From Octopus bimaculoides (taxonomy: Eukaryota), in the NCBI RefSeq assembly GCF_001194135.2, contig NC_068981.1, positions 82,795,357 through 82,845,966 of the forward strand: a DNA stretch of 50,610 nucleotides. Direction: 5' to 3'. A program made the position numbers and the translations under genes. How positions within the stretch are numbered: the stretch's first letter is position 1; the number at the start of each line of letters is the position of its first letter. Positions 34,577-48,074 of this stretch are shown piece after piece. The notes beneath the pieces are model-generated. The model was not told where the DNA came from. It ran no database searches and saw only the letters and a program-made list of their open reading frames with translations.

Positions 34577-35023
34577 TAAACTTAATCTGATTGACAGGAC
34601 AGCATTTGTAATTTCATTGGACTACTACTTACTGTTGCCTTGCCTTCCGTTCCTGTAATATAGCGTCGGAATTTCAGCACTAACACTGACAGGACAGAGC
34701 TTTTGTAATTTCATTTCACTATCAGTTACTGATATTCTTAATTAAAAAAGAAAAAAATGTCTACTAAAAAAAGACCGTCCAAAAACGAACACCAAACAAA
34801 CGACATGCAATGTTTTTTCTAAATGAACAGTGAAGCTCCACTTGATCTGTGGCCTTTTCAATGCCATCGCAGTCAGCTGGATTCCGGAAGCTATTCTTCT
34901 GTATGATGCATTCATTTCATTTTTCTAGCTTCTCTATATGCATTACCCATTTTCTAGCTAATTACCCGATCAACGACGGGTATTACTGCTAGTATATAAC
35001 AAACGCATATATATGATACATTA

Positions 35024-35083
<60 letters not shown>

Positions 35084-35245
35084 NNNNNNNNNNNNNNNNN
35101 NNNNNNNNNNNNNNNNNNNNNNNNNNNNNNNNNNNNNNNNNNNNNNNNNNNNNNNNNNNNNNNNNNNNNNNNNNNNNNNNNNNNNNNNNNNNNNNNNNNN
35201 NNNNNNNNNNNNNNNNNNNNNNNNNNNNNNNNNNNNNNNNNNNNN

Positions 35246-35327
<82 letters not shown>

Positions 35328-35663
35328 CATTTATATATATATGTATATGCATTTATATATGTGTGTGTATATGTACATACATACGTACGTACACACACAT
35401 ATATATATATATATGTTTGCATGCGTGTGTATATCAAATTATATATACGACTGAGTTCGAGTTTGATCTGTCTAATTTTAAATTTTGTAGATTTTCTTAT
35501 TACATTTTACAGTTAGAATAGAAGAATAAAACTCATAAGTTGATACTTGAGGTTTTCGCACGCTCACAGTTACATTTTCACTGGTGTCGGTGTTGTTTCT
35601 TATATACTTCTTGAATTCCAATAAACTTTCCTTCCAGAGGTTTCATTTTAACTTATAAACACA

Positions 35664-35891
35664 TACTCTTTTACTCTTTTACTCTTTTAATTGCTTCAGT
35701 CATTTGACTGCGGCCATGCTGGAGCACCACCTTTAGTCGAGCAAATCGACTCCAGGGCTTATTCTTTGTAAGCCTAGTACTTATTATATCGGTCTCTGTT
35801 GCCGAACCGCTAAGTGACGGGGACATAAACACACCAGCATCGGTTGTCAAGCTATGCTAGGGAGGACAAAGACAGACACACAACCCCCCCC

Positions 35892-35925
<34 letters not shown>

Positions 35926-36064
35926 CGACGGGCTTCTTTCAGTTTCCGTCTACCAAATCCACTTACAAGGCTTTGGTCGGCCCGAGGCTATAGTTGAAGT
36001 CACTTGCCCAAGATGCCACGCAATGGGACGGAACCTGGAACCATGTGGTTGGTAAGCAAGCTAC
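35664..36064 (-). mobile_element. SINE family B, near full length (tRNA head, CORE-like, internal microsatellite, (AAAAGAGT)3 tail); OR2-like
   Basis: Minus strand: gtagcttgcttaccaaccacatggttccaggttccgtccc...ttgggcaagtgacttc...; tail tactcttt three times at 35664-35687. The OR2 name is from recall. Confidence 0.85.
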
Positions 36065-36065
36065 T

Positions 36066-36103
<38 letters not shown>

Positions 36104-36355
36104 ATGACAACGACGATGACCTTGATAATGATACTGACAATGATGGTAACGGTTGTGGAGATGTATAGTGTTGTTGTCCGTATGGTTGTGGAGCTGTTGA
36201 TGACAATGATGATAATAGTGTTAGTGACGGTGGTGGTGGTGGTGTTAACGGTGGAGATAGCGGTAATGCTGATAATGTTGTTGGTAGTAGTAGTGCTGGT
36301 GGTGCTGCTGGCGATGATGATGTTGATGATGATGTTGACGATGATGATGCTTATC
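36066..36355. repeat. Degenerate (GAT)/(GGT)/(GTT) triplet array
   Basis: Read directly from the sequence. Confidence 0.9.
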
Positions 36356-36415
36356 GCGATTTTTTTTTTGTAATAAATCATTACAGAGCCGTCTCCGCTC
36401 AATCCATCAGTAACA

Positions 36416-36795
36416 CTATTTGCTCCGCCTTAGCGAAGGCAGAGGTATTGTTTCAGTCGTGCTTGTTTGTTTGTTTGTCCGTGGATAAGATATCTCAAGA
36501 ACCGCTGGATGGATTCGGGTGAAACTCTCAGGGATGTTTAGCCTCGTGACTGGCACGAACTGATTAGATTTGTGATCGATCCGGTACCGGACAAAGATTC
36601 TGGATTATTTTCCCGGTTTTTTTTTTACTTAATTTTTGAGAGTGGTCGGGTTCATTTTCAGCATTCTCGTTTTGTGGGAGCAGTCGAGTTTATTTCAGAT
36701 ATTCTCGTTTTAAAAATCATCTCTGGCTAATCGTTGAGAGGACGTTGGTGTTGTCTTGGTGGAGGTTTGCGCTCTCTCAGTGCTGTTGATATTAT
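36416..36795 (+). mobile_element. Helentron-associated non-autonomous element (HINE/DINE-1-like)
   Basis: 5' subterminal palindrome CTCCGCC-ttagcgaa-GGCAGAG (36423-36444), (TTTG)n/GTCC core, atctcaagaaccgctggatggattc, second sub-TIR copy GGTGGAG (36758-36764) and 3' stem-loop GCGCTCTCTCAGTGC. Confidence 0.75.
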
Positions 36796-36804
36796 TTTTT
36801 CGGC

Positions 36805-37029
36805 AAGACGGTGAGCTGGCAGAATCGTTAGCACGCCAGACAAATTGCTTCGCAACATTTCGCCCGTCATTACTTTCTGAGTTCAAATTCCGCCGGAGTC
36901 GACTTTACCCATTTATCCTTTCGAGGTAGATAAAATAAGTACCACTCGAGCACTAGGATCGATGTAATCGACTTAGCACCCTCCCATGAAATAGCTGGCC
37001 TTGCGATAAAATTTGCAACCAATATTATT
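36805..37029 (+). mobile_element. SINE family A (first of a tandem pair)
   Basis: gagctggcagaatcgttagcacgcc...gagttcaaattccgcc...gataaaataagtacc...aaatttgcaaccaatattatt. Confidence 0.85.
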
Positions 37030-37038
37030 ACATTTATT

Positions 37039-37256
37039 AAGGCGGCGAGCTGGCAGAATTGTTAGCATGCCGGGTAATATGATTAGCAGCATTTCTTCCG
37101 GTTTTCACTTTCTGAGTTCAAATTCCGCCGTGGTCAACCTCCCTCTTCATCCTTCCGGGGTCGATAAATAAACACCAGTTGAGCACTGATGTCAATGTAA
37201 TCGACTTATTTCTTTCCCGAAATTGCTGGCCTTGTGCCGAAATTAGAAAGCAATAT
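37039..37256 (+). mobile_element. SINE family A (second of a tandem pair)
   Basis: aaggcggcgagctggcagaatt...gagttcaaattccgcc...catccttccggggtcgataaa...ggccttgtgccgaaattagaaagcaatatt. Confidence 0.85.
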
Positions 37257-37267
37257 TTACTCCATCG

Positions 37268-37463
37268 AATCATCATCATCATCATTAACAGCAGCAGTGT
37301 CATCATGATCATCGTGACCGTCATCATCAACATCATCATTATCACCATCACCATCATCATCCTCATCATTATCCCCCACCACCACCGTCATCATCGTCTT
37401 CCTCTTCGTCCTCCCGAATTTTCTTTCTCCTCCTGCTCATTATCATCATCATCATCATCATTA
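37268..37463. repeat. Degenerate (CAT)n array
   Basis: Read directly from the sequence. Confidence 0.85.
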
Positions 37464-39012
37464 TCAATAAAGCCATTTGTTGTTGTGCGTGGTCTAGGAT
37501 TCATCTTTAGCTCCATTAATGTGGTGGTGTTTGCCATCAACATTATCACTAACATCTCTATTTCCGATCAATTTGGAATCAGCTGACCGTGATGACGATC
37601 TGGCGACTTTCCGTTGATACTTGAGACCTCACAGGAACACTGGTTACTACGGAACCGACTCTATCCTGTTTCCGGTTTTGGTATTGTTACACAGATGATA
37701 AATGTTAAACATTTCACTACTTGTATACAGTAAAAGTTTCGCAATAATGAAATATTAATACCGTTGAAAAGAACATTAATGCTGTAGACACATGTTTTAT
37801 CTACGAAAATTTGGTTCGGAAAGAGATTTTAATTGATTGATTGATCACCGATAAAAAAAAAAACGAAATATGTTGTCATTGACTTCATAACTGATCCATG
37901 TAGGGTAAAAAATAAAGATGAATTTTGTCTTCCCCACGAACGAGAGTTCAAGTCGGAATGGGGAGGGAATCATCCAAAAATATAAATTCAGCTCTCCATA
38001 GATTTACAAATTCGTCACCATTTGAAGATTTCGTTGTTAACAAAGAAAAGATTGTGAGATGAAAGAAACTGGATTAAATCGAATATAATTAACGGAAAAA
38101 TTAGGTAAAAATGGAAACGGTATTGTCTCCTAGAAACGTGTATTTAAAATTGATAATCTATAGTATTTAGTTACAACTTCCAAGGAAACTAGTATATAAG
38201 CTCTATAAATTTAGTGGAGTCAGTTTAACACATTAACGGCCAACGTCTCAATTTTCAAATCAGTATTTTAAATTTAAGATAAATACTATTATAAAGACCT
38301 TTGCGGTTTTCTTGTAATATTCTTCATATTTACAGTATTACCCAAGTATAAATAAAAATAAGGAATATAACTGGAGAAATAAGATCAAAGAGGCCTGAAC
38401 AATCAAGAAAATATGGAAATGTATAACTGGTACCCGGCGTTATGTTTTGGTGTTTATTAGTTTAAACGAATAACATCTGTACTAAACTTGACATATTGCT
38501 AAATGAAAAGAATTCTGCCTGTAAGTAGATATTGCAGTAGAATCTTACGCAATATAAATTTGTTATTGATCTAAATTGTGCGTGTGCATGTGCTCGGATT
38601 TACTGATGGAAAGTGCAACAAGTACTGGGTATGCAACCAGTAAAACAGTCACACAAAGAAATTACCCTAAGTCCGGCTACCTTCGTTAAGAAAAATTTGG
38701 CAAAAGCAGTTCATAAGCAGTGCCAGAGATATAAAGGTTAAAGGAAGAGGGAAGGAAGAATAAGGACAAAAGTCAACGTGTGGGAGGATATAAGCCCCGT
38801 AGGAGAGGAGAACAGGAGCAGAGAAGCAGAAATGAAAGGCTAGCAAGCGACTGTCTGCAACACAACTTACAAAGAAGGTGGTTAGTATTGTACGGGAAGC
38901 CCTACAATCTAGGAACCAAAATCTCACTCACTCGCTCTCTCCCCTCCATCTCTCCCTATCTCTCTATCTCTCTATCTCTCTATGTGTGTACGTGTGTGCA
39001 TGTATGCATGCA

Positions 39013-39188
39013 TAGAATAGAGGCAGCTGACGAAGGAATAATTCCAAGTGGCTATCTGTTTTCCTATGTGTTCGTACCGTTGTCTGTAGTTCATTTTTCT
39101 AATGTCCTGTAACCTGATATGCATCTATATACACATGTAGATGTAAGTATGTACATATATGTGTGTATACATGCATACATATTCTTTG

Positions 39189-39200
<12 letters not shown>
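39013..39200 (+). mobile_element. Interspersed repeat, copy 2 (begins tagaatagaggcagCTGACGAAGG)
   Basis: Direct repeat of 2657-2845. Confidence 0.75.
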
Positions 39201-39222
<22 letters not shown>

Positions 39223-39641
39223 ACACATATATGTATATATACTGTATATACATATATATATATGTATATATATGCATACATATACATATGCGTGCGTGTG
39301 TGCAAATATATACAATATGCCGTACTGATTTATAATAATGATGTATTAACGGATTATTCCTGTCCAGCGAAACTCTATTTCTGTCAAACATACCTATTGT
39401 ATATATGACAAACATACATACATTTAACTAAAACAGCTATTTCATGGGTAATTTTATTATTTAGAATCACATACGCAAACACACTCATGCACCCCACACC
39501 TTCCCACACACACGAAATATACATGAATATGCGTGTACATGTGTGTGAATGTGTTCGCGTGTCTGAGTGTATGTGGGTATAGCAACATTACTTAAGCTGA
39601 ATATGAAAATAACAATACGTAATACAATGCGTATTGTTATC

Positions 39642-39677
<36 letters not shown>

Positions 39678-39718
39678 ACACACACACATGTATTTATCTA
39701 TATCGGAGTCTCACTATA

Positions 39719-39777
<59 letters not shown>

Positions 39778-40482
39778 TTGTGTGTGTGTACCAACATATC
39801 TATTAGTGATTTTCCATTCTTTTCAACCGTCCATCTCCTTACACCCGCCGCCAACGCTCTCGTCCATTGTTTACTCGTTTCTTTCGTTATCTCTTTACAC
39901 CCATCTACAATATTTCTTTATTTACTTTCTATTGCTTTGGCATGTTTCTGTCAGAAGGTTGGCGCTAGCATCACACAATTTTTCCGATTTATGCCATTAT
40001 TTAGCTCTTATAAATTACAAGTTTTACTGTTTCGTATTTCAAGCATTTCCGTAGTGGAGACGCATCTATTTAGTTCGCTTTTGAAAAGAAACGAATATGT
40101 TTCGTTTTTCTCTTTAGTCATAAGCTGGCGATAAACGTCAAATCGCCGACGCTTCGGCATAAGTCTAACTAATGAGCTGTGAAACTTGACACGTACTGCT
40201 TCTCCATGCAAAACTGTTTTTCCTTCTCGTCATCACCGTTCTAGTAAACTGCTTGGGTAGAATTTAATAGCTAAGTGTGAAGTTGTTGTCTTCCCCCATT
40301 GTATGCAATACCACGTCGCTCTATGCAAACGAATCTACATCTACTATTACAAAGAGAAACTTCAGTCGTTCATTGTATTCATTCTTCAGACATTCACCCA
40401 TTTATAAGTCTTACTGCATGTATATGGAAAATAAAAACTGTTCATACTTAAATATTTAGACGAACAATTCGAATACACACAC

Positions 40483-40522
<40 letters not shown>

Positions 40523-41365
40523 GCGCTTCTACAAACATGTTTACATACATAGATATTTATTTATTTATTTATTTATGTGTTTCAGCCAAGTGGCTGCGGT
40601 CATGCTGGTGCACCACCGTGAGATATGTGTGTAGAATTATAAATATACCTATAAATACACACCTATACGCACGTGCATTCACACGTACATACATACATAC
40701 ATACATGTAAGCCTATATTAATGCACACATACACAAAAAACACACATACACTTCTATATGTATATATGTATGTATACATATATATGTTTATGCATATATG
40801 TATATGTACATATATTTATATACACCCACATTTGTGTGTGGGTGGGGTAAGACAATTTTGTAACTAAGAAGTTATTCTTATGAAATCTAGTTTTCTCTAC
40901 TCCTACGCATATTCACTTCTATTTTTAGTGTTAATCTCGGACGTAATCCCTGAATATTTATTTCTGTATATCTATACATATAACTTTCTAAATTCACCTT
41001 GTTTCTGCCTGTCCTTCCCTCTTTTGTCTTTCTCTCTGTGCACACACACATGGACACACACACAAACACGCGCGCGCGCACACACACATCTTGGTTTGCA
41101 TAAACATACTGTAAGAAAATCACAATGCTGCGGTGTTCGTCCGGAGAGAGAGCTTTCGTATAGACGCCTACTCGTCCAAACGTTTACACAAGATGCTGTC
41201 CTAGACATATACCGGAGTATAATAGCTTTCTTAATGTGTATCCACTTTAAGTAAGGTATAGAGGCTGCTATTCTGAACTAACATTGTTTCTTTTGATAAT
41301 AAGAAATATACATACATACATACATTTGTGCGTGTGTGCGTGTATGTACACATATATATAAGTGT

Positions 41366-41436
<71 letters not shown>

Positions 41437-41437
<1 letters not shown>

Positions 41438-42600
41438 TGGCAGAAACACCCGTCATTGACTGAGCTGAAGGAAGCTGCCAAACTTGTACTATGAATATTG
41501 AAAGTTTAATAGTTATTCACAGATTTATTGAACGTATATGAGTAATGGTTGTTAACTTTCATGTAGACGATAGACCTGTTTTCTTCTGGCCAATATTATC
41601 ATGGGTGCATATAAACTTCTGATCTATGATCTCTAGTATTTCAGTTTATAAATGAAGCAAGCAACGCACAAACTTTGGCTTATGTCTAGTACAAAATAAA
41701 TAAATAAAAGTTCGGGGGAAAATAAAACCATATGTACTATAACTTATTGAACTTAAGTATTACAACAAACAAAAATTCAAATAGCTTTATTTACACAACT
41801 ATAGTATGACATTGACAATATCAATTCAAAGTTATTAATCATTCTGCAAAGTTTAGTTCGTTGATCCCATGGTAAAAACCTCCATATAGACAATGTTTCG
41901 GGTTTTACCAGTAGGGGCAAAAATGAAAATGCTCTCCACAGTGGATGTCCCAACATTTAATTGACCGTGTGAGAAACAGTCCTTTTCTAATTACAAAGCA
42001 GCAACTTTCAAAGTCTGATCTTGGGACCTATTAATGGACCTTGCAAAAGACAGGCGTATTGGAAATTGAAGTCATTTGAACTTGAAGGGCATATTGGAAG
42101 GTATTAAAGGTAAGCGAGGAATAAAAACAACTTCACCTTTTGAACAGACAGAAATTATTGTGGCCTGTATGACATTTCTCATAACTTCTTGGCAACAAGT
42201 ATTGTGTCATTGCACATATTTGGTTGAGAAAGGTTGCGCAGAAGCATGATTGGACGCCTATTTTCAATAGAAGGCAACGAGGAGGAGCTCCTGGTGGCTG
42301 CAGGGAGTTTAAGAACTCAACCGAGTAATTTGCGATTCATCCACAACAGGGTCTATAGATTTCTAAGTATGTTCGTTTCTTGGTAAAAGTTTCTCGAGTT
42401 TATCATTTGAATTATTCACAATAACGTTCTTTGGTGCCATGATTGCTCTTTCGCACATCCAAGCAACATTTGTGTAATTTGAAATTATACTTGGAAACAC
42501 TTTTTCAATAAGTTCCTCAATCGATCTGACTAAGGTGCAGATTTTTGATAGATTCAAGTCACCTTTATGAGTGATATCTAGAGTGCCCCACTGAATTTCT
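41437..42600 (-). mobile_element. Helitron 3' portion with RepHel helicase pseudogene and decayed 3' terminus
   Basis: Minus-strand peptides with stops and frameshifts: [95 protein letters not shown] (about 42590-41940). The end at 41437-41464 matches the Helitron terminus at 44157-44184 (18/24 in the hairpin region). Confidence 0.9.
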
Positions 42601-43084
42601 TTCTTCCTATGTTTAAGGAAAATGGGTATTTTCAAATAAAAAGCTGTACAAGTATGCTGAAGTGAGATAGGAAAATGACAGCTAAATTCTGATGTGGAAT
42701 ACGTGAAACAAAGGAAAAAGTTTGGAGTGAAATCTAAGTTATGGTATCTATTCTGAAGGTATGCAAGGAATAAAACGAAAGTGATCTTCTACGGTTTCTG
42801 TTGTGGGTAGGCAGTGAAAAACTGATCTTCTACAGATATAACTATAAAACGAATGCAAAATAATACTTATCAAGTAATACTTATATCAATATGAAGTAAT
42901 GGAGTTTATTATAGTTATATCACCTCCTCACACGTTATTATCTGTGTCGTTATATTACATATATGGCATACCTACAGAAGAGTGCCCCACCGTGTTTTGA
43001 AATAAAATGAAGAAATATAATAATTTTATAATAATTATGTCCCTTAGTTAAGATATTTATTTTTAAGTTGGTTTAATTTGTGTA

Positions 43085-43615
43085 AACGTGCAAACGTGCC
43101 CTGGCAAACCAGTACAGATTCTCTTCCAGAGTTCTTTTGCAAATGGCAAGCTGTCAAGCAAACTGAAGGAGGGAATATGTCCGATCCATAAAGGAGGAAA
43201 CAGAGTTGATGCCAAATGTTATAAATCTATCTGTCTGACTTCACACATCAGCAAAGTCATGGAACGAATAGTCAGAAGGAAACTAATCGCTTTTATTGAA
43301 AAAAGAAAATAAAAGGTAGGAGTTGCCTCACACAGCCCCTAGAGCACTATGACTGGGTGTTGAAGTAGTCACTCGACAACTTAAATGTGGACGTAATATA
43401 CCTTGACTTTGCAAAAGATTTTGATAAAGTTCGCGAATTTGGCATAGGTGGAAAACTTGGGGAGTGGTTACATGACTTTCTGAAAGATATAAGTTAGGCA
43501 ATGGTGGCCAATGGAGCCACCTCAAACAAAATATAAATAGTGAGTGGTGTTCCACAGGGCACTGTCTTGGGATCACTGCTTTTCATAGTGGCCCTTTCAG
43601 ATATGCTCTCTGAGT
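43085..43615 (+). pseudogene. CR1/L2/Jockey-type LINE reverse transcriptase fragment
   Basis: CPIHKGGNRVDAKCYKSICLTSHISKVMERIV...GRSCLTQ...VDVIYLDFAKDFDKV...GIGGKLGEWLHDFL...SGVPQGTVLGSLLF, with stops and deletions. Confidence 0.9.
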
Positions 43616-43969
43616 CAGAATTTTGGAAAGTCTTTTTGTTCTAGCTTTACATAAATATATATATATATGTGTATGTGTGTGTATTTATATATTTTTTCAT
43701 TTAATTTAATTAATTGATTTGCAAATATTATACTAATGTTTTTTCATCAAAAAATTTCCTCCAAAATTGAATGTTTCGAAGAGGAAAAAAATGGGAAAAG
43801 AGAAAGAAAACAAAATGACTTTTTGTAATGACTAAACCGCACCTATTTTTTGTTTTTTTAAGAGGTCACCATCCTTAAACCCTTTCCAGTACAATGGTAA
43901 AGGACTAAATAAATACATAAATACATAAATAAATGAATGAATGGTGAATAGGAAGGGGGATACTCCTCT

Positions 43970-44015
43970 CTCCCTCTACCTATCTGTCTATCTATCTATC
44001 CATCAATCTATCTAT

Positions 44016-44081
<66 letters not shown>

Positions 44082-44156
44082 GTATCGATCTATCTATCTA
44101 TCTATCTATCTCTCCCTCTCTCTCTCTCTCTCCATATATATATATATATATATATA
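43970..44156. repeat. Compound (TATC)/(TC)/(TA) microsatellite
   Basis: Read directly from the sequence. Confidence 0.9.
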
Positions 44157-45022
44157 CTAGCAGAAATACCCGGCTTTGCCCGGGTTAAAGAGAATAATGA
44201 AATCTAAAAACGCCGTCTAGACTACGCAACCCTCAACTGTTAGTAGCTACGATACCATATTTCTACATTAATAACTCTCCAATCCATGCCAGCATGGAAC
44301 ATAGACATTAAGTGGAATGCCAGTCTCTCATCTAGGAGGGCCTTGAAANNNNNNNNNNNNNNNNNNNNNNNNNNNNNNNNNNNNNNNNNNNNNNNNNNNN
44401 NNNNNNNNNNNNNNNNNNNNNNNNNNNNNNNNNNNNNNNNNNNNNNNNNNNNNNNNNNNNNNNNNNNNNNNNNNNNNNNNNNNNNNNNNNNNNNNNNNNN
44501 NNNNNNNNNNNNNNNNNNNNNNNNNNNNNNNNNNNNNNNNNNNNNNNNNNNNNNNNNNNNNNNNNNNNNNNNNNNNNNNNNNNNNNNNNNNNNNNNNNNN
44601 NNNNNNNNNNNNNNNNNNNNNNNNNNNNNNNNNNNNNNNNNNNNNNNNNNNNNNNNNNNNNNNNNNNNNNNNNNNNNNNNNNNNNNNNNNNNNNNNNNNN
44701 NNNNNNNNNNNNNNNNNNNNNNNNNNNNNNNNNNNNNNNNNNNNNNNNNNNNNNNNNNNNNNNNNNNNNNNNNNNNNNNNNNNNNNNNNNNNNNNNNNNN
44801 NNNNNNNNNNNNNNNNNNNNNNNNNNNNNNNNNNNNNNNNNNNNNNNNNNNNNNNNNNNNNNNNNNNNNNNNNNNNNNNNNNNNNNNNNNNNNNNNNNNN
44901 NNNNNNNNNNNNNNNNNNNNNNNNNNNNNNNNNNNNNNNNNNNNNNNNNNNNNNNNNNNNNNNNNNNNNNNNNNNNNNNNNNNNNNNNNNNNNNNNNNNG
45001 TTCTCGAGTTTTAGGGATTCAC

Positions 45023-45061
<39 letters not shown>

Positions 45062-45066
45062 TTTTC

Positions 45067-45104
<38 letters not shown>
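44157..45104 (-). mobile_element. Non-autonomous Helitron spanning an N gap
   Basis: Minus-strand 3' end CCCGGGCAAAGCCGGG-tatttctg-CTAG|T (44184-44156). Putative 5' end (TA)n-aaatgaaaat-(GTCT)n at about 45100-45020. Continuity across the gap is assumed. Confidence 0.7.
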
Positions 45105-45106
<2 letters not shown>

Positions 45107-47974
45107 GTATGTATTATATGTACCCAATTGAAACAATTAAATTCTACATCATGAATGATCATCTTCTACATGAATGATGTAGAAACTTAGGACAAATTAA
45201 CAAATTGTTTTCTTTTGACCAGGCAAGTTTTAGTAGGAAAGGTGTAAAGCAGTTGCTAATGTTGCTTTTCCCGAACTGTAATCCGTATAGAGCAGAACTA
45301 TGATAAACTTTATTTAAAACCTGTTCATTCTCTTTCTTAACGTTATCTAATATAAGAATACGTAATGTCTTACATTTTTTAAGACATTTTTATGTTGTGT
45401 TATATTTGTCTATTTTTTACTGCTGCTCGATTTGCTGTATATGCATCTAGACAGACATCCTGTAATGAGTAAATAATATATAATGAAGCCTTAAGAATGA
45501 CGTAAAATATGCTGAATCGGTTTCATTCTATAAAAGGTTATTTTTATTACTATCAGAATGTTAAAATGCTAAGTCACTTGTTTTGTAGTTGCGTCAATAG
45601 AAATACTCGAAGAAATTTGAGATTTGTTTCATGGAAACTTTGTCAAAAGGAATATGCCTCAGTCATCTTTGTTGATGAAATTTGCATTCCATTATGAATA
45701 TGGTTTCATGTCAAAACTGCTGCTCCATCGCAAAAGATTCCCTGGTAAATTCAGTTATGACGGTTCTTGAAGTACAAAACAGGAAACAATTATATATTGA
45801 AAGATAATTTCTTGTATTATCTCTATTAATTCACTTCTCTTCTCCCGTAATTACCACATAACACCGAAGTTTTCAGTCAGTTACAGGGATATTTTCTTTT
45901 ATACACCATTTACGTTTATTGCTTTAAGGCTATTTCTCCATTGATAGTTACCCAGTTTTTTTTAGTTAGTTTAGAATTCAACGTTACTCTGTCTAAACAA
46001 ATAATAATTTGAAAGAAAACCGTTTGCTGTATAATTAATAAATTTCATGTGGATCTGAGGGTAGATTCAATTGATATAAGAAATATATCAATGGAAGGGA
46101 GTAAATAAATATGACCATACGGGGTAATAATATTTTAACTAAAAATTTAATCAGTTTATCCCAAAACCTTTTAGTCCGACATGTTTCTAGAATTTCAGAT
46201 TAACTCCAAGCATTTCATCTCATCTTTTATGAATTAATAGAAATATTCCAGTTAAAGTAGCTGTCAGTCAATGACGAAATATCCTGTATGAGGTATTATG
46301 CAGCTAAACGAATCAATGAAAAATAAATTCTGCACGCCGCAGTTTCGAGGAATATATGGAATATGTATTTTAAAATAAGAAACAATATGAGGACATATTT
46401 CAGATATAAAATACAAAGATTTAAAAAAACAATATGAGCAATTATATAACGTAAAGTATTCTATCGAAATGGGTTCTGCTACTTTTTTTTTTCTTTCCTT
46501 TTGTTTTTGTTTTTTTTTACGTGCATTTGAGAAGAATACCCTAAATGGAGATTTTTATTAAATACGTGATTCTTTACTTTTTAAGGAAAGGAAATAACAG
46601 GAAAATCTTCGTGCATGTAACTTTTGAAAGCTTGTATCCTGTCAACTCAGATAATTTCGAGTTCACCTGCCGCTTTGTTGTATATGCTAATAGCAGAATG
46701 TTGGGATCTACTGCCGAATGTATACATTTTGGTGACAGGAATGAAATGGCCATTTGCAGGTGTCAGAATGTCGGGGATCGTACATCATAATACATATTTC
46801 TGTGTTCGCTTACTAGCAGCAAAGCAAAAAATTTCTATAGTCTGTAATCCATCTCCATTTTGTAGAATCCTTTTCATATATTATACATATACATATGTTC
46901 GTATAAAAAGTGGCTGAAATGATAGATAAGCTGATATAATCAATACAAATTTTAAATATCTGTTTCAGTTCCTATATTTGATGTGTGTACGTGCATGCGT
47001 ATATGAGTGTGTGTGCGCGCGCATTCACACATACGATATTTTATGTCTAGTTATTAGAATTTGTCAATACAGCTATGTTTATTTCAATATAACAACAATG
47101 TTCTGAAAATGTATTCTGTTTTGTTTCGTTATTTGTAAGCAGCCTAAATGAACGATCATCTTTTCACTTTAGTATGTTCCTCAGGCAGTGTCCGATAATG
47201 TGGCAAAAGAGTGAAATGATGAGGCGAAATCTCATATATGTAGTCATATGTCTCACTTAGGCTCTGTTTTACTACACAGGTGAACGTATATGTCATGTAT
47301 GTGTGTGTTAATGCGCATATGCATATATAAGTGTATGTGTGTATTTTTATTTTTGTTGTCTCATTATAAGCCTATGTATATATGCGTGTGTATGTGTGTT
47401 TGTGTGTACATGCGTGATTGTACGCGCGCGCTTGACTGTGAGTTTATAGTCGTACGTGTGGATGTATGCTCAGAGTGTTACCTACTACCTACAACTATCG
47501 GTAGAGGTATCATGATATAAATCTTTTCAGAAACGAGCGCCATAAATGTTTGAGGGGAAAACACATTTACTATAGCGATAGCTTGCAAAAGAATGGAAAT
47601 CATACATCAAACGTCAGCTCACTCTTATGTGACTGTCATCATAAGCGAACTAATGTTTGCAGTTCACTTCTCGCTACTGTAGTTGTCTGCGAAAAACTTG
47701 CCTGAATTATAGCTTCGTCTACGGTTATATCAAATTGCGATCTTCTTGATACTAAACTAGATTTGTTTAGACTTAATGTAAAACTGAGAAGCTAAATATA
47801 CGAAGATTGTTGTCCGGCAAATTTTCTTATTTGTTTCTTATGTCCAGATATTCTTTTGGAATTTATTCTTTTTTCATTTTTCCTTCTTCTTTTCTCGTTA
47901 CATAGCGAAATTTATTTCAGACATACTCGCACGGACATATATATACTTGAAGTGAAAACTAAAGTAAACAATAC

Positions 47975-48074
<100 letters not shown>

